From assembly GCA_965235115.1 (NCBI GenBank), contig OZ249436.1, forward strand, positions 1,862,001-1,926,000: a DNA stretch of 64,000 nucleotides, given 5' to 3'. The translations under genes and the position numbers were made by a program. The notes below the pieces were generated by a model that saw nothing but the letters and a program-made list of their open reading frames with translations, was not told where the DNA came from and made no database searches. Below, in pieces: positions 26,571 through 37,448 of the stretch (its first letter is position 1; each line of letters starts with the position of its first letter). Source of the DNA: Laetmonice hystrix (Eukaryota).

Positions 26571-28050
26571 TTATATGCCCAGATAGGCGTGATGACGCAC
26601 CCGGAAAGGTTCATGGTCTTTTCTGGCATTTAACAAAAGTTGGCCGCAGTTCAGGGCTCTACACGCCTGGACAGCAAACATAAGACACTGAGACCCGTTC
26701 AAAACATGAGGTTCCTATAACATGAAATACTGGACATTGAGTATATAAAATATGTCAGTTTGTCCATATTAACAAAAGTTATTTTCACTCACCGCGAACT
26801 CCCGTCCATTTCCTTCTCGACCAGTAACCTTATTTCTCCTATGAGATCTTTTGTTTTGCGACTCACTGACGTGTGAAGAAATGTAAGTAGCCTAGCTTTG
26901 CCTACATGAAACATCGAGCAGGTCCCTGTCCCTATACGTATATTTAGCCATCAGGTGTGATGTTAGCTTATAAGAAAGTATGGGTGCAAAATGCCTGCAA
27001 CTTTTTACGGGTCTATAACCTATTAATTTCCAGCAGTGCTAACGTAGACATTTCACTGATCGGTTACGCTCGAAATCCAATCGGCACGTCCGAGGTCATT
27101 TCATATCCGGTTGCGAAATACCTGTTTTGCGTACGGAAAGCCCGAGATGTTGCGATCGGCTCGAAATCGTGCTTCATGCCCTAAAGCAGCTCTCGGTTCC
27201 ACCTCGAGCTCATTAGAGTATAGATCTACCCTAACCGACATGCAGTATCCACTCATGAACAGGGTGTTCTGCATCCGTAAGACTTTTACCTGAAGGTGTC
27301 CAGGGACGGGCCCCCGCGGGTAGTCCTGGGGTTGGGTGACGTCACGTTTAATGACGTTTTCGCAGGGGGTCTCCTTGAGGTTAAGTGCCCTGTGTTGCCA
27401 ATTTTAACCCCGCTGTCAACCAGGTCACCGTTACCCCTGCTGCTGCTACCAACCCTATCCATTTCCTCCGGAAGTACACTGAGTCTCTTAGTACCGGTAA
27501 CTCCCGCCAGGGTGACCCCACCGTTCAGTGACGTGAAACTGGTGGTCTGCAGTGACGTTTGACTTGCAGTTAGCAGGCCCTGTTTGTCCTGGAAACTGTT
27601 GGTGTACCACTGTCGACTCGTCTCCGGAGCACTACTAGAAACTCTTGCCGATTGACTGGGGCGTGTACACAGGAACCGCTCAAACTCGATCTTATCAAGG
27701 TTACAGAGTTGGACACGAGACCAGTCTCCAAGCAACAGAGAATGTCTACCACCCGACAGGACAAGTCTCTCGGCGTAACTCGTCACTTCCTCTGAGTACC
27801 GGAAGTGAACGTTCATCGGGACCTTCCGTTGTCTGTGCCTGTGGTTGTTGTTGTACAGGTTGGGTCTGGTGCTCCCCATGACATTACCAACTCGAGTCGA
27901 CACAACAGCATCCGGCCGGTGACGTGCCATGGACGTCCCAAAGTGAACTTTCCGGGATGGAACCGAAACATTTCCAGTTGATGTCACCGCCGCTCTGGGC
28001 GTCTTGCCTCCTATCGATGTTTGGCGTGGTTTCCCCCTGTTCATAAACAT
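26571..28050 (-). CDS. Hypothetical protein of about 325 aa, 3 coding exons, no recognisable domain
   Basis: A non-repetitive 254-codon ORF is bounded by acceptor CAG|28054 and donor AG|GTAAAA (27290). It joins in phase to exon 26865-26793 (CAG.../GTGAGT) and terminal exon 26714-26571 (TAG|EPHVLNGSQ...HHAYLGI*). AATAAA on the minus strand at 26511-26506. Confidence 0.55.
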
Positions 28051-28465
28051 CTTCCTGTTGTTGCTTTTGTATATAAATCTAATGGATTGTTGGTTTCTGG
28101 TTTCACACAGGTATTATGGTATCCTGAAGAAACATGGAGAGGAAGCCTCCAGCGCCTGGGATACAATGATTCCGATGGATTCCCTACCAAGGGGATATTG
28201 ATTCCAAGGACAGACAACCATGCGGTAACTGCAGATTTATGCCAATTTCTCAGCTGCCCGGTATCAATTAGGCTGCAGTGAATTAACTCAGTCCACCAAT
28301 CAATCGGCCCTCCCCCCTCGCCCCAACCCTCGGCCTTCGTCAGTCGACACATGGTTTGAAAGGGCACCAATCCACTTCTGGCACCAACTCCATGCAGCGG
28401 TTGAGATTGTGAAGAGAACTAATTGGTTGGCCGTTGAAATCGAAATTAATCTACGTGCCTTTGCG

Positions 28466-28924
28466 ACTTTACGCCAGCCACACATACTATAAACTTTACG
28501 CCAGCCACACATACTATAAACTTTACGCCAGCCACACATACTATAAACTTTACGCCAGCCACACATACTATAAACTTTACGCCAGCCACACATACTATAG
28601 ACTTTACGCCAGCCACACATACTATAGACTTTACGCCAGCCACACATACTATAAACTTTACGCCAGCCACACATACTATAAACTTTACGCTAGCCACACA
28701 TACTATAAACTTTACGCCAGCCACACATACTATAAACTTTACGCCAGCCACACATACTATAAACTTTACGCCAGCCACACATACTATAAACTTTACGCCA
28801 GCCACACATACTATAAACTTTACGCCAGCCACACATACTATAAACTTTACACTAGCCACACATACTATAAACTTTACGCCAGCCACACATACTATAAACT
28901 TTACGCCAGCCACACATACTATAA
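28466..28924. repeat. 27-bp minisatellite x17
   Basis: ACTTTACGCCAGCCACACATACTATAA. Confidence 0.95.
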
Positions 28925-29099
28925 AGAGAAGTAGCCTGCATGTCGTGACTGATGCCGAGTGGGCTGATACAGCAGAACTGGGACACAGTGCCGTTACATC
29001 GCCAAGGAAGTGATGCTCAGTCATCCTTTAATCTCAGGACGAACTCATTTCATTTACAGTAACGCGAAATCTATACTTTTAAAACGGACTCCTTTTCCA

Positions 29100-29152
29100 T
29101 CTCTTTGTCTCTGTCTCTCTCGGTCTCCCTATCTCTCTGTCTCTGTCTGTCC

Positions 29153-29209
<57 letters not shown>

Positions 29210-29228
29210 TCTCTCCCTCTCTCTCTCC
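29100..29228. repeat. (CT)n microsatellite
   Basis: Direct inspection. Confidence 0.9.
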
Positions 29229-29916
29229 TGCCTGTTCATTGTGTTTCATGGAGTGACTTCCTATGTTACAGGAACCATGCCAGTAGTACCCATTCCCGTG
29301 GGGTTTGGCGTACTGACTGACCACCAAACTTCACACCAGAGTGCACCTACCACACGCCAGTCCATTCTCCTCCCTATCCACGAATAGATCGACTAACGCC
29401 AAGGCAGGATGCCAACCCAACAAGAGGATGCATCTGTGCCGTTTGCTGGGCTCGTTCCCACGTGGGTTCTAATTGAATCAGATTGAGATCGAGCCCCGCC
29501 TTCAGACAAACATTTAAAACGATAGATGGCGCTAATAATGGGGCTCGGTGCTGACATCTTGACCACCAGAGGGCTCCAGCAGTCCAAAGACAAATCTCAC
29601 TGGTCCTCTGCTCAACAGGAGTTGAGCAGGGGACCAGCCATAAGACAAATCTCCGTGATTTTGAATGGGCAACATTCGGGAATGTTCGGTTCTTTTCGTC
29701 AGACCGTAAAATGGGATTCATTTAATCGCCGTTTGATGTCAGACTAAAACATAATGCGGAAATATAACAATAGGTGGCGCCACCACCATGGCTGAGGTAG
29801 GCCTAGCCATGTCGTGTTAAAGTAGGTCTATCATATAGACGAACAACCAAGAAAAGGAATTAAACGTTATTATTAAATAGCAAAGCATAGTCCGTAGCAA
29901 AAAGAAACATATGTGC

Positions 29917-30473
29917 TGAAGCCATAGATAGAGTTTAAACAATGCATTCACTGTATCGGTTTCCAGACAGATGTGTTAACAGATCTGATGAAGCCATAGA
30001 TAGAGTTTAAACAATGCATTCACTGTATCGGTTTCCCGATGTGTTAACAGATCTGTTGAAGCCATAGATAGAGTTTAAACAATGCATTCACTGTATCGGT
30101 TTCCAGACAGATGTGTTAACAGATCTGATGAAGCCATAGATAGAGTTTAAACAATGCATTCACTGTATCGGTTTCCCGATGTGTTAACAGATCTGTTGAA
30201 GCCATAGATAGAGTTTAAACAATGCATTCACTGTATCGGTTTCCAGACAGATGTGTTAACAGATCTGATGAAGCCATAGATAGAGTTTAAACAATGCATT
30301 CACTGTATCGGTTTCCAGACAGATGTGTTAACATATCTGATGAAGCCATAGATAGAGTTTAAACAATGCATTCACTGTGTCGGTTTCCAGACAGATGTGT
30401 TAACATATCTGATGAAGCCATAGATATAGTTTAAACAATGCATTCACTGTATCGGTTTCCAGACAGATGTGTT
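29917..30473. repeat. 68/72-bp tandem repeat x8
   Basis: GAAGCCATAGATAGAGTTTAAACAATGCATTCACTGTATCGGTTTCC...GATGTGTTAACAGATCTG. Confidence 0.93.
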
Positions 30474-30785
30474 AGAATCACATTGCCCTTCAATAAGCAA
30501 ATGCAGCAATATCGTTTTGCGAATTTTACGAATTGATCACCGCCCCCAACTTTCAACCATTCTCCCAGGTTGGTAACAGACGCTTCTGGTGACCTAATCA
30601 CGATATCGTATCATTGTATAATCATTGATGATAATGATGTAACCTTGAAAATATAAATTAATCTTTTAATTACAAAATGTATATCAGATCATGATGAATA
30701 TTTAGACACAAACTCAATAGAAAATCAAAAATGGTGCGTTGCAGAGCTTACACTCCTTTTATAACACAAGACATGGGAAATGTGA

Positions 30786-30989
30786 TTTAGATCCGCTGTA
30801 CGGTAGATCCTGTGTTTTAGATCCGCTGTACGGTAGATGTTTTAGATCCGCTGTACGGTAGATCCTGTGTTTTAGATCCGCTGTACGGTAGATCCTGTGT
30901 TTTAGATCCGCTGTACGGTAGATCCTGTGTTTTAGATCCGCTGTACGGTAGATCCTGTGTTTTAGATCCGCTGTACGGTAGATCCTGTG
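30786..30989. repeat. 30-bp tandem repeat x7
   Basis: TTTAGATCCGCTGTACGGTAGATCCTGTGT. Confidence 0.92.
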
Positions 30990-31080
30990 ATTCGTGTTTA
31001 ATTTATTCCAGTTCCTTCTCAGAACGGGAATGACTATGCCGCCCTAGCGAAGAAAGTGGGAACCAAACTATGTGCCGCCT

Positions 31081-31441
31081 CAGGCCCGTAGCCAGCCTTC
31101 CAGGTGGGGGGGGGGGTCTGGACTTCGATGGGCGGAACAAGGTATGGTTGGTCTAGGACAGGGCCGTAGCTAGAAATTTCTGAGTTGGGAGGGGGCAGTC
31201 ATGGGTGGATCCAGGAGAAGGCGAAGGCTCCAAGACATGAGCGGGGGGTCTGGGGGCCCTCTCCCAGAAAAAAATGGAAATTACAGGGCCAAATACGCGT
31301 TTTCCTGGCATCTGGGAAATAAATCCAAGGTTTTCCAGAGCCTATCCAGCACTAAAGGGTGGAACAAAATCTTAGGGATGGGCAACTGGGGGGGGGGGGT
31401 CGTCCGACCCCCCCGACCCCTCCCCCCTGGCTACGGGCCTG
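31081..31441. mobile_element. hAT-like MITE
   Basis: 15-bp TIR CAGGCCCGTAGCCAG / CTGGCTACGGGCCTG, poly-G/C tracts, and a second left-end-like copy at 31159. No clear TSD. Confidence 0.6.
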
Positions 31442-33175
31442 CGCCTATAAATACGACCATGACGTCATCGCCCTCGAGGACACCATTCTCGGCATTCTCA
31501 CCTGTCAGGGTCGACGCATGCGCACCCGCCACGTAGTCGGAGGATCTCGCTCGCAAGCCGATAAAATCATCTCGGGTGGTAGCCTGGTTCCCCTGCCCGC
31601 CGCTCCGCTCCTTGGCGCCAGTTCGCATGTGTGGGTTTGTGTATCCTCTTCCGGACTGTACGTGGAAGCAAACATTAAGGCCAGGCATAACTGACAGTTC
31701 GGTTTACGCGCCCGCTGACTCTAGCTATCCAAAATTTGAAGGGTAAAAATATATTAGGCCAATTTTATTTTCTCCCTGACAACGATGCCTGTTTCATGTT
31801 ATTGATGATGTTCGCGAAAGCGATGCCTAACGAAAAGTGCAGAAAATATCTCTTTCAGCAGTTTGTTAGATACCATTCGTAGCTTTCGTGAAAACAACGT
31901 TTGGGGGTCTGGAGACAAATAATAAATAGAGGATAACAAATATTATCCAGCTACCGGTGAGGTCACAAAAGTTATCATTGCTACCGGAAGTCACGTGATC
32001 CAAAGAATTGCAAGTTTTCAAACAGGGTATCTGTTCATCTAAAATGTTTTGTCTATAGCCTACACTATATTACCTGAAACACTGGACTGTAAAGGCCCCT
32101 GCACATTGACCCGACCCAGTCGGTTCGAACGGTGTGCGGCGACCTTACAACCTGAAAACTTTGGACCCATATATATAGATCTAATGGGGGGAGAGCTTAG
32201 CGCTATAACCCTGAATGATTTCTTTTTACCGCCGCCGACATTGGTTTCTGTAGCCTATAAATGTTATCGTAAAGCGAACTTTCACATAATGTTTGGTCTC
32301 TAACCTAGGCCTACTTCACGGTCTGCTGATCCGGACAGGGATCGGATCATGATTCTGTATCCGGTAAGACCTATACAAATATGTCTGGTCAGTGCGTCAC
32401 GACGTCACAACTATAAACACGTGCGTGTTTCACCAGAAATGACACATGCCGGAGGCGCAGACGATCTATATTCTGTATTGACACATGGGGCTGCAAGTAC
32501 ATATTATACTATTCACCGACCCACTATACCCAGATAGCTGAGGACGACCAGACTAGGTGTAGCCTAGGTACGCCGGCCTGTGCAGGTGAGAGCTTTAATG
32601 GGGTCGACGGCCTTGCCGTGGATGGAGATTAGAGAATATGGAAGCGGTGGCCACTCGCTCGGCGATGTACGTTGTATTTAACGACAATCGCGTTAAACGG
32701 TTATAAATTCTCACCCCTTTCATTCAGGGGTTTTATATGTGGCTCGACGTCGTAGTGGGTCATCATAGTCAGACTCGCCACCGAGAAGACGAGATGGGTC
32801 ATTCTCAGAAGGGGGTGGCGTGGTGAAACTTCTAGGGGTGACCCACCCCGGGTAGGGCCTATACACTGTACCTCACTGTTTTTGGAACTGTGTATGTAGG
32901 GAAGCGGGGCAAAACGGTTATATGGGGGTAAAATGGGAGTTCCTTACAGCTTTAAAACCAGTGCTGCCATCTTCCTGGTCCAATGATAACCTACAAACAA
33001 GCACATAGGCTATAGTTTAAATCTAATGTCTCAACATACCTATCCTTCTCGAATTTTCTACCGTGGAGACAAAACAGTCTCTTCTTCAACTGGGAGGAAA
33101 ACCAGATATTCTAACTCTGTGAAGTCCGACACAGGGGAGTTCTCCATTTTCGGCACCGCGGCACCACGCGAGTCT

Positions 33176-33838
33176 GGGGCCGGTTTTACTAAAGGTCGAT
33201 AATAACGACGTCGATAATTTACCATGGAAGTGGTAATATCGAGATCACCACAAAATGTTTTCTCTGAAACGAACGCGATTAACTGGAAATTACCACTTAG
33301 TGACGTCATCAAGTCGTAATAACGAGTTAATGACGTCACTAAGTGGTAATTTCGAGATCACCACAATTTTATTTTCTCTGAACGCGATTAACTCGTAAAA
33401 ACGACTTAGTGACGTCATCAGGTCGTAATAACGAGTTAATGACGTCACTAAGTGGTAATTTCGAGATCACCACAATTTTTTTTTTCTCTGAAACGAACGC
33501 GATACTCGAAATTACCACTTAGTGAAGTCATTATGTCGTAATAACGAGTTAATGACGTCACTAAGTGATAATTTCGAGATCACCACAATTTTATTTTCTC
33601 TGAACGCGATTAACTCGTAAAAACGACTTAGTGACGTCATCAGGTCGTAATAACGAGTTAATGACGTCACTAAGTGGTAATTTCGAGATCACCACAATTT
33701 TTTTTTTCTCTGAAACGAACGCGATACTCGAAATTACCACTTAGTGAAGTCATTATGTCGTAATAACGAGTTAATGACGTCACTAAGTGATAATTTCGAG
33801 ATCACCACAATTATCGACTCTTTAGTAAAACAGGCCCC
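33176..33838. mobile_element. MITE with internal tandem repeats of about 110 bp
   Basis: TIRs GGGGCCGGTTTTACTAAAGGTCGATAAT / ATTATCGACTCTTTAGTAAAACAGGCCCC. Internal units carry repeated TGACGTCA. Confidence 0.75.
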
Positions 33839-34089
33839 TATTGTTGTCTACATCCGGGCCACTGGTCCCGACCTAGCCACTGACCCCCCCCCCCCCCCCC
33901 CCCCAACACGGCGACCTCCGTCGTACAGCCGAGACGGGACGACAGTCAGTTGAAGGTGTGCCGAGTGATATCTCATACTGCAGCCGGAAATTGTTCGGCC
34001 TACACGCCTATATGGTTGACGTAACCTCGTAACCGTATAGGCCTACATCCGGCAGGGGTGCATGTCTTAGCCTACTTTCCAGACGTTTC

Positions 34090-34446
34090 TATATTTTCCT
34101 GACTTTCCTATATTTCCCTGCCTTTCCTGTAGATTTTCCTGACTTTCCTATATTTCCCTGCCTTTCGTATTTTCCTGATTCGCCTATATTTCCCTGCCTT
34201 TCCGGTATAATTATTTCCCTGCCTTTCTTGTAGATTTCCCTGCCTTTCCTATGGATTTCCCTGCCTTTCCTATAGATTTCCCTGCCTTTCCTATGGATTT
34301 CCCTGCCTTTCCTATAGATTTCCCTGCCTTTCCTATAGATTTCCCTGCCTTTCCTATAGATTTCCCTGCCTTTCCTATGGATTTCCCTGCCTTTCCTATA
34401 GATTTCCCTGCCTTTCCTATAGATTTCCCTGCCTTTCCTATAGATT
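34090..34446. repeat. 21-bp pyrimidine-rich minisatellite
   Basis: TAGATTTCCCTGCCTTTCCTA. Confidence 0.92.
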
Positions 34447-34753
34447 ACAGTTACTTGGAGGGAGATTCTCACGACGGAGGTTATAGGGTATGTGGGGCTA
34501 CATATATAGAAATAGGGATAGAATTATAGTTACATGTATAAGCACTAATATCATGAAGATGTTATGCATGGGGTTATTACGGTCCACTCCCCAACCCCCT
34601 ATAGCCAGCGTTTTCTGTTTGACACCCCCCCCCCCCTCCCTTTCTAAAATCCTGAATCCGCCTTTAAAAATATTCTTCAATCAATTGTTTTTTCTTCCTT
34701 TCTCTGCAGATATTGTATGCGATCCTGTTAAGTTGCTGTAAAACACAAAGATC

Positions 34754-35209
34754 ATGGGAGATTTCGACTGCGGTGGTTGTGACTGCGGAGACTGCGGTGG
34801 CTGTGACTGCGGAGACTGCGGAGACTGCGACTGTCAATGTGACGAGTGTAAATGTCCTGAGTGTGACTGCTGTGACTGCTCCACGTGGACTTGCTGTCAG
34901 TGTGACGGTTGGACGTTTTTGGGGTGTTGTTTGTATGGTTGTGGACCGTCGTGGACCGACTGCTGCCGGGACGATAGTTGGAAGAGAAACCGAAGGCAGC
35001 AGGAGAACGGGTCCTCGGCCACGGCCAGGGATGTCATCCTTGTCAGTCAAACACCTATCATCGACACAGAATCTGGTCGGACATGTCAACCTAACCAAGT
35101 CAACTTCAGTAACGGTCAGGTGGCCAGGGAACCGACGGCACCGCCTTCGTATGAGGAGGCCGTTCAGTTGGGTCCAGCAGCTGGGTCGTCTGCTGGCACA
35201 GGCCTGTAG
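34754..35209 (+). CDS. Uncharacterised 151-aa Cys/Asp-rich (metallothionein-like N-terminus) protein with a PTAP/PPSY motif
   Basis: Strong acceptor tttcttcctttctctgcag|34710 and an in-frame upstream TAA at 34739. Kozak context atcATGG. 24 Cys in the first 71 aa (CxC, CxxC, CC), and EPTAPPSYEEAV near the C-terminus. Candidate 5' exon ends at GCAG|GTGAG (32585); AATAAA at 36244. Confidence 0.7.
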   Translation: MGDFDCGGCDCGDCGGCDCGDCGDCDCQCDECKCPECDCCDCSTWTCCQCDGWTFLGCCLYGCGPSWTDCCRDDSWKRNRRQQENGSSATARDVILVSQTPIIDTESGRTCQPNQVNFSNGQVAREPTAPPSYEEAVQLGPAAGSSAGTGL

Positions 35210-37069
35210 ACTAACATCGACTAACAGCCTACAGAGTCCCATCTACAACCTCTGCTCACCGTTTTGCTCAGTGTTTTCATTTTTTGGGTGTTTTTCCGCG
35301 GGCTTGCTCGCCATGAGCACGCCTCATGGGAAAAAGCAACCAAAAAAAACACGAAAACGGTGAGAATGAGCATGCTCACCCTTGCTCAGCTCAGCTCACC
35401 CTTGCTCACGGTGGAAAAGTAAACCAAAAAACCGGGCCCTGGTCTAACTGACAGCTCTAACCGATGACAGCTCGGGCTATACTGAACCAGTCTGCGAAAA
35501 AAAATGGTTGCTAAATGGGAGGGGGGGGGTTAAGGGAAGGTTAACCCCCCTACCCCCTCCCCCCGATCCGGCCACTGGGAGTAATAACCAGCTTTGGATA
35601 GTCTACTATTGCGTTCTCTCCACGCGCAGCTTCTCCTGTGAGGCCAAGAACATCTCAAAGTTCCCGCAGCTAAGATATTATAGGCCTACAATGTGGCACG
35701 TTTTGATCAGCATATGGTAGGCCTACTATTGCGTTCTCTCCACGCGCAGCTTCTCCTGTGAAGCCAAGAACATCTCAAAGTTCCCGCAGCTAAGATATTA
35801 TAGGCCTATACAATGTGGCACGTTTTGATCAGCATATGGTAGGCCTATTAGCCTACAGTAGGCTTAATGCATTTCGTATTTTGTGCCCCCAGTGAGTTAG
35901 GTCTACTGACTCTACTGGCCTACGACCCTAGCTGTCAAAGGAAAAAAGCCCGACTAGTAGGCCCCCTAGGCCTAGATCTAAGCCACAATGCGGTAGGCCT
36001 ATGCGGGGCCTTAGATCTATGCTATGTGATATATATTGTACAGTCATCTTTACTAGTCTACTGTTTAAATCCTGATAGCAGATTTTAAATGTTATAATAT
36101 TTTGAAGCAATATTGTTTTATGACTTATAATGATCTGTCAAACAGAAGAAATGTCCCCCTTAGATGGTCTACAACTTAACCATTTGTACGGAGAGTGCAA
36201 TGAAGAAAGTGGTTTCCTTTCGGCTAAAGCATTTTCTACAACGAATAAACATGTTTTATGAGTTTTGGAATGAGTCTTTGTGTGCCGTTAATTATTTCCG
36301 ACTATGTTTTCCTCAGTTTTACTGGGCTCTAGTGTAGAATGAAGCTGACCAATTGCAGCTGGGCCCAGTTTAAGCTTGAAGTTACACTAAAAATTCCTCA
36401 GATAGTTTACATTTGGACCCCAGGGGACCTTGTTAAAATTTCAGGGTCGAGCCACAGATCTAAGCTTACTGAATTGACCGTGCTGACCCCCCCCCCCCCC
36501 CCCCCCCCCATCCCATTATAGGCTCGCGCTGAAATTTAAAAGGTTGTAGCCGCTCTGGCTGTCCATACAAATGTATGGATTAGCCACACATAGTTGGGAT
36601 TAGCCACACTTCTCCACTTGTGTGTTCGGAAAAGCAGGGCTGTCAAAAGTAGCCGGTCAGCGGCGGCAAAACGCCGTCTAAACCCAGTTTTGCAGCCGCC
36701 TACTTTTTGTTGAATGACAAAAAAATCTTTTAAACAATGTTCTTTTTTCACTTTCACTTGTTTCACTTTCCTGAACGTTTAGGCTACAGGATCCCATTCC
36801 ACAGAGGGAAAGAGAAGAGGGGCAATCTATCGGATCGTTGTGATTGATCTTCTCTTCTAAACTTTTCTATTTCTAGATGGCCCGGTTTTGTGACTCAAGG
36901 TTTGTGGACACCACGAACGGTGTTTTCTTACACAGAGGCACATTTCCAGACAGGATATCTAAAGAGGCCCGTTAATCGTTATGTCAGTGTTGGGAGGACG
37001 CCTTTTAGATGATATCGGAGTTGTTTTACGCACTGATTTTCCGTACTTGAGATTTGGAATTAACTTTTA

Positions 37070-37271
37070 AGCCCGGGATACACGGGGCAACTCGTCGCAT
37101 GCAACCGGGTTGCCTCAGGGGGAGGCGACGCGTCGCCCCAAAATCCAACATGTTGGATTTTGGGGCGACGCGTCGCCCCTCCCTCAGGCGACGCGACGCA
37201 GGCAGATACACGGGGCGACTGGTTGCATGCAACGCGTCGCATGCGACGAATTGCCCCGTGTATCCCGGGCT
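37070..37271. mobile_element. Palindromic MITE with TTA TSD (PIF/Harbinger, Tourist-like)
   Basis: TTA|AGCCCGGGATACACGGGGCAA ... TTGCCCCGTGTATCCCGGGCT|TTA. A central perfect palindrome lies around CAAAATCCAACATGTTGGATTTTG. Confidence 0.8.
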
Positions 37272-37346
37272 TTAGAGACAAAGAACGCAGAAATACAAAG
37301 ATATGAGATGGAAATGTGCGACCTCTAAAGGCGCCCTCAATCGTAA

Positions 37347-37401
37347 TTACGTCTCCCCCCAGCTGGGGGAGACGTTTTGTTTTGCACGCTGTTTCTGACC
37401 G

Positions 37402-37448
<47 letters not shown>

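Noticed and set aside
28300..29024. YASHTYYKL / CVAGVKFIV / MCGWRKVYS repeat ORFs
   Set aside because: Translations of the 27-bp minisatellite, with no splice or start support.
34664..35363. Alternative 216-aa (+) and 192-aa (-) ORFs over the Cys-rich gene
   Set aside because: Shadow frames without a good ATG. The 151-aa frame has the Kozak context and recognisable motifs.
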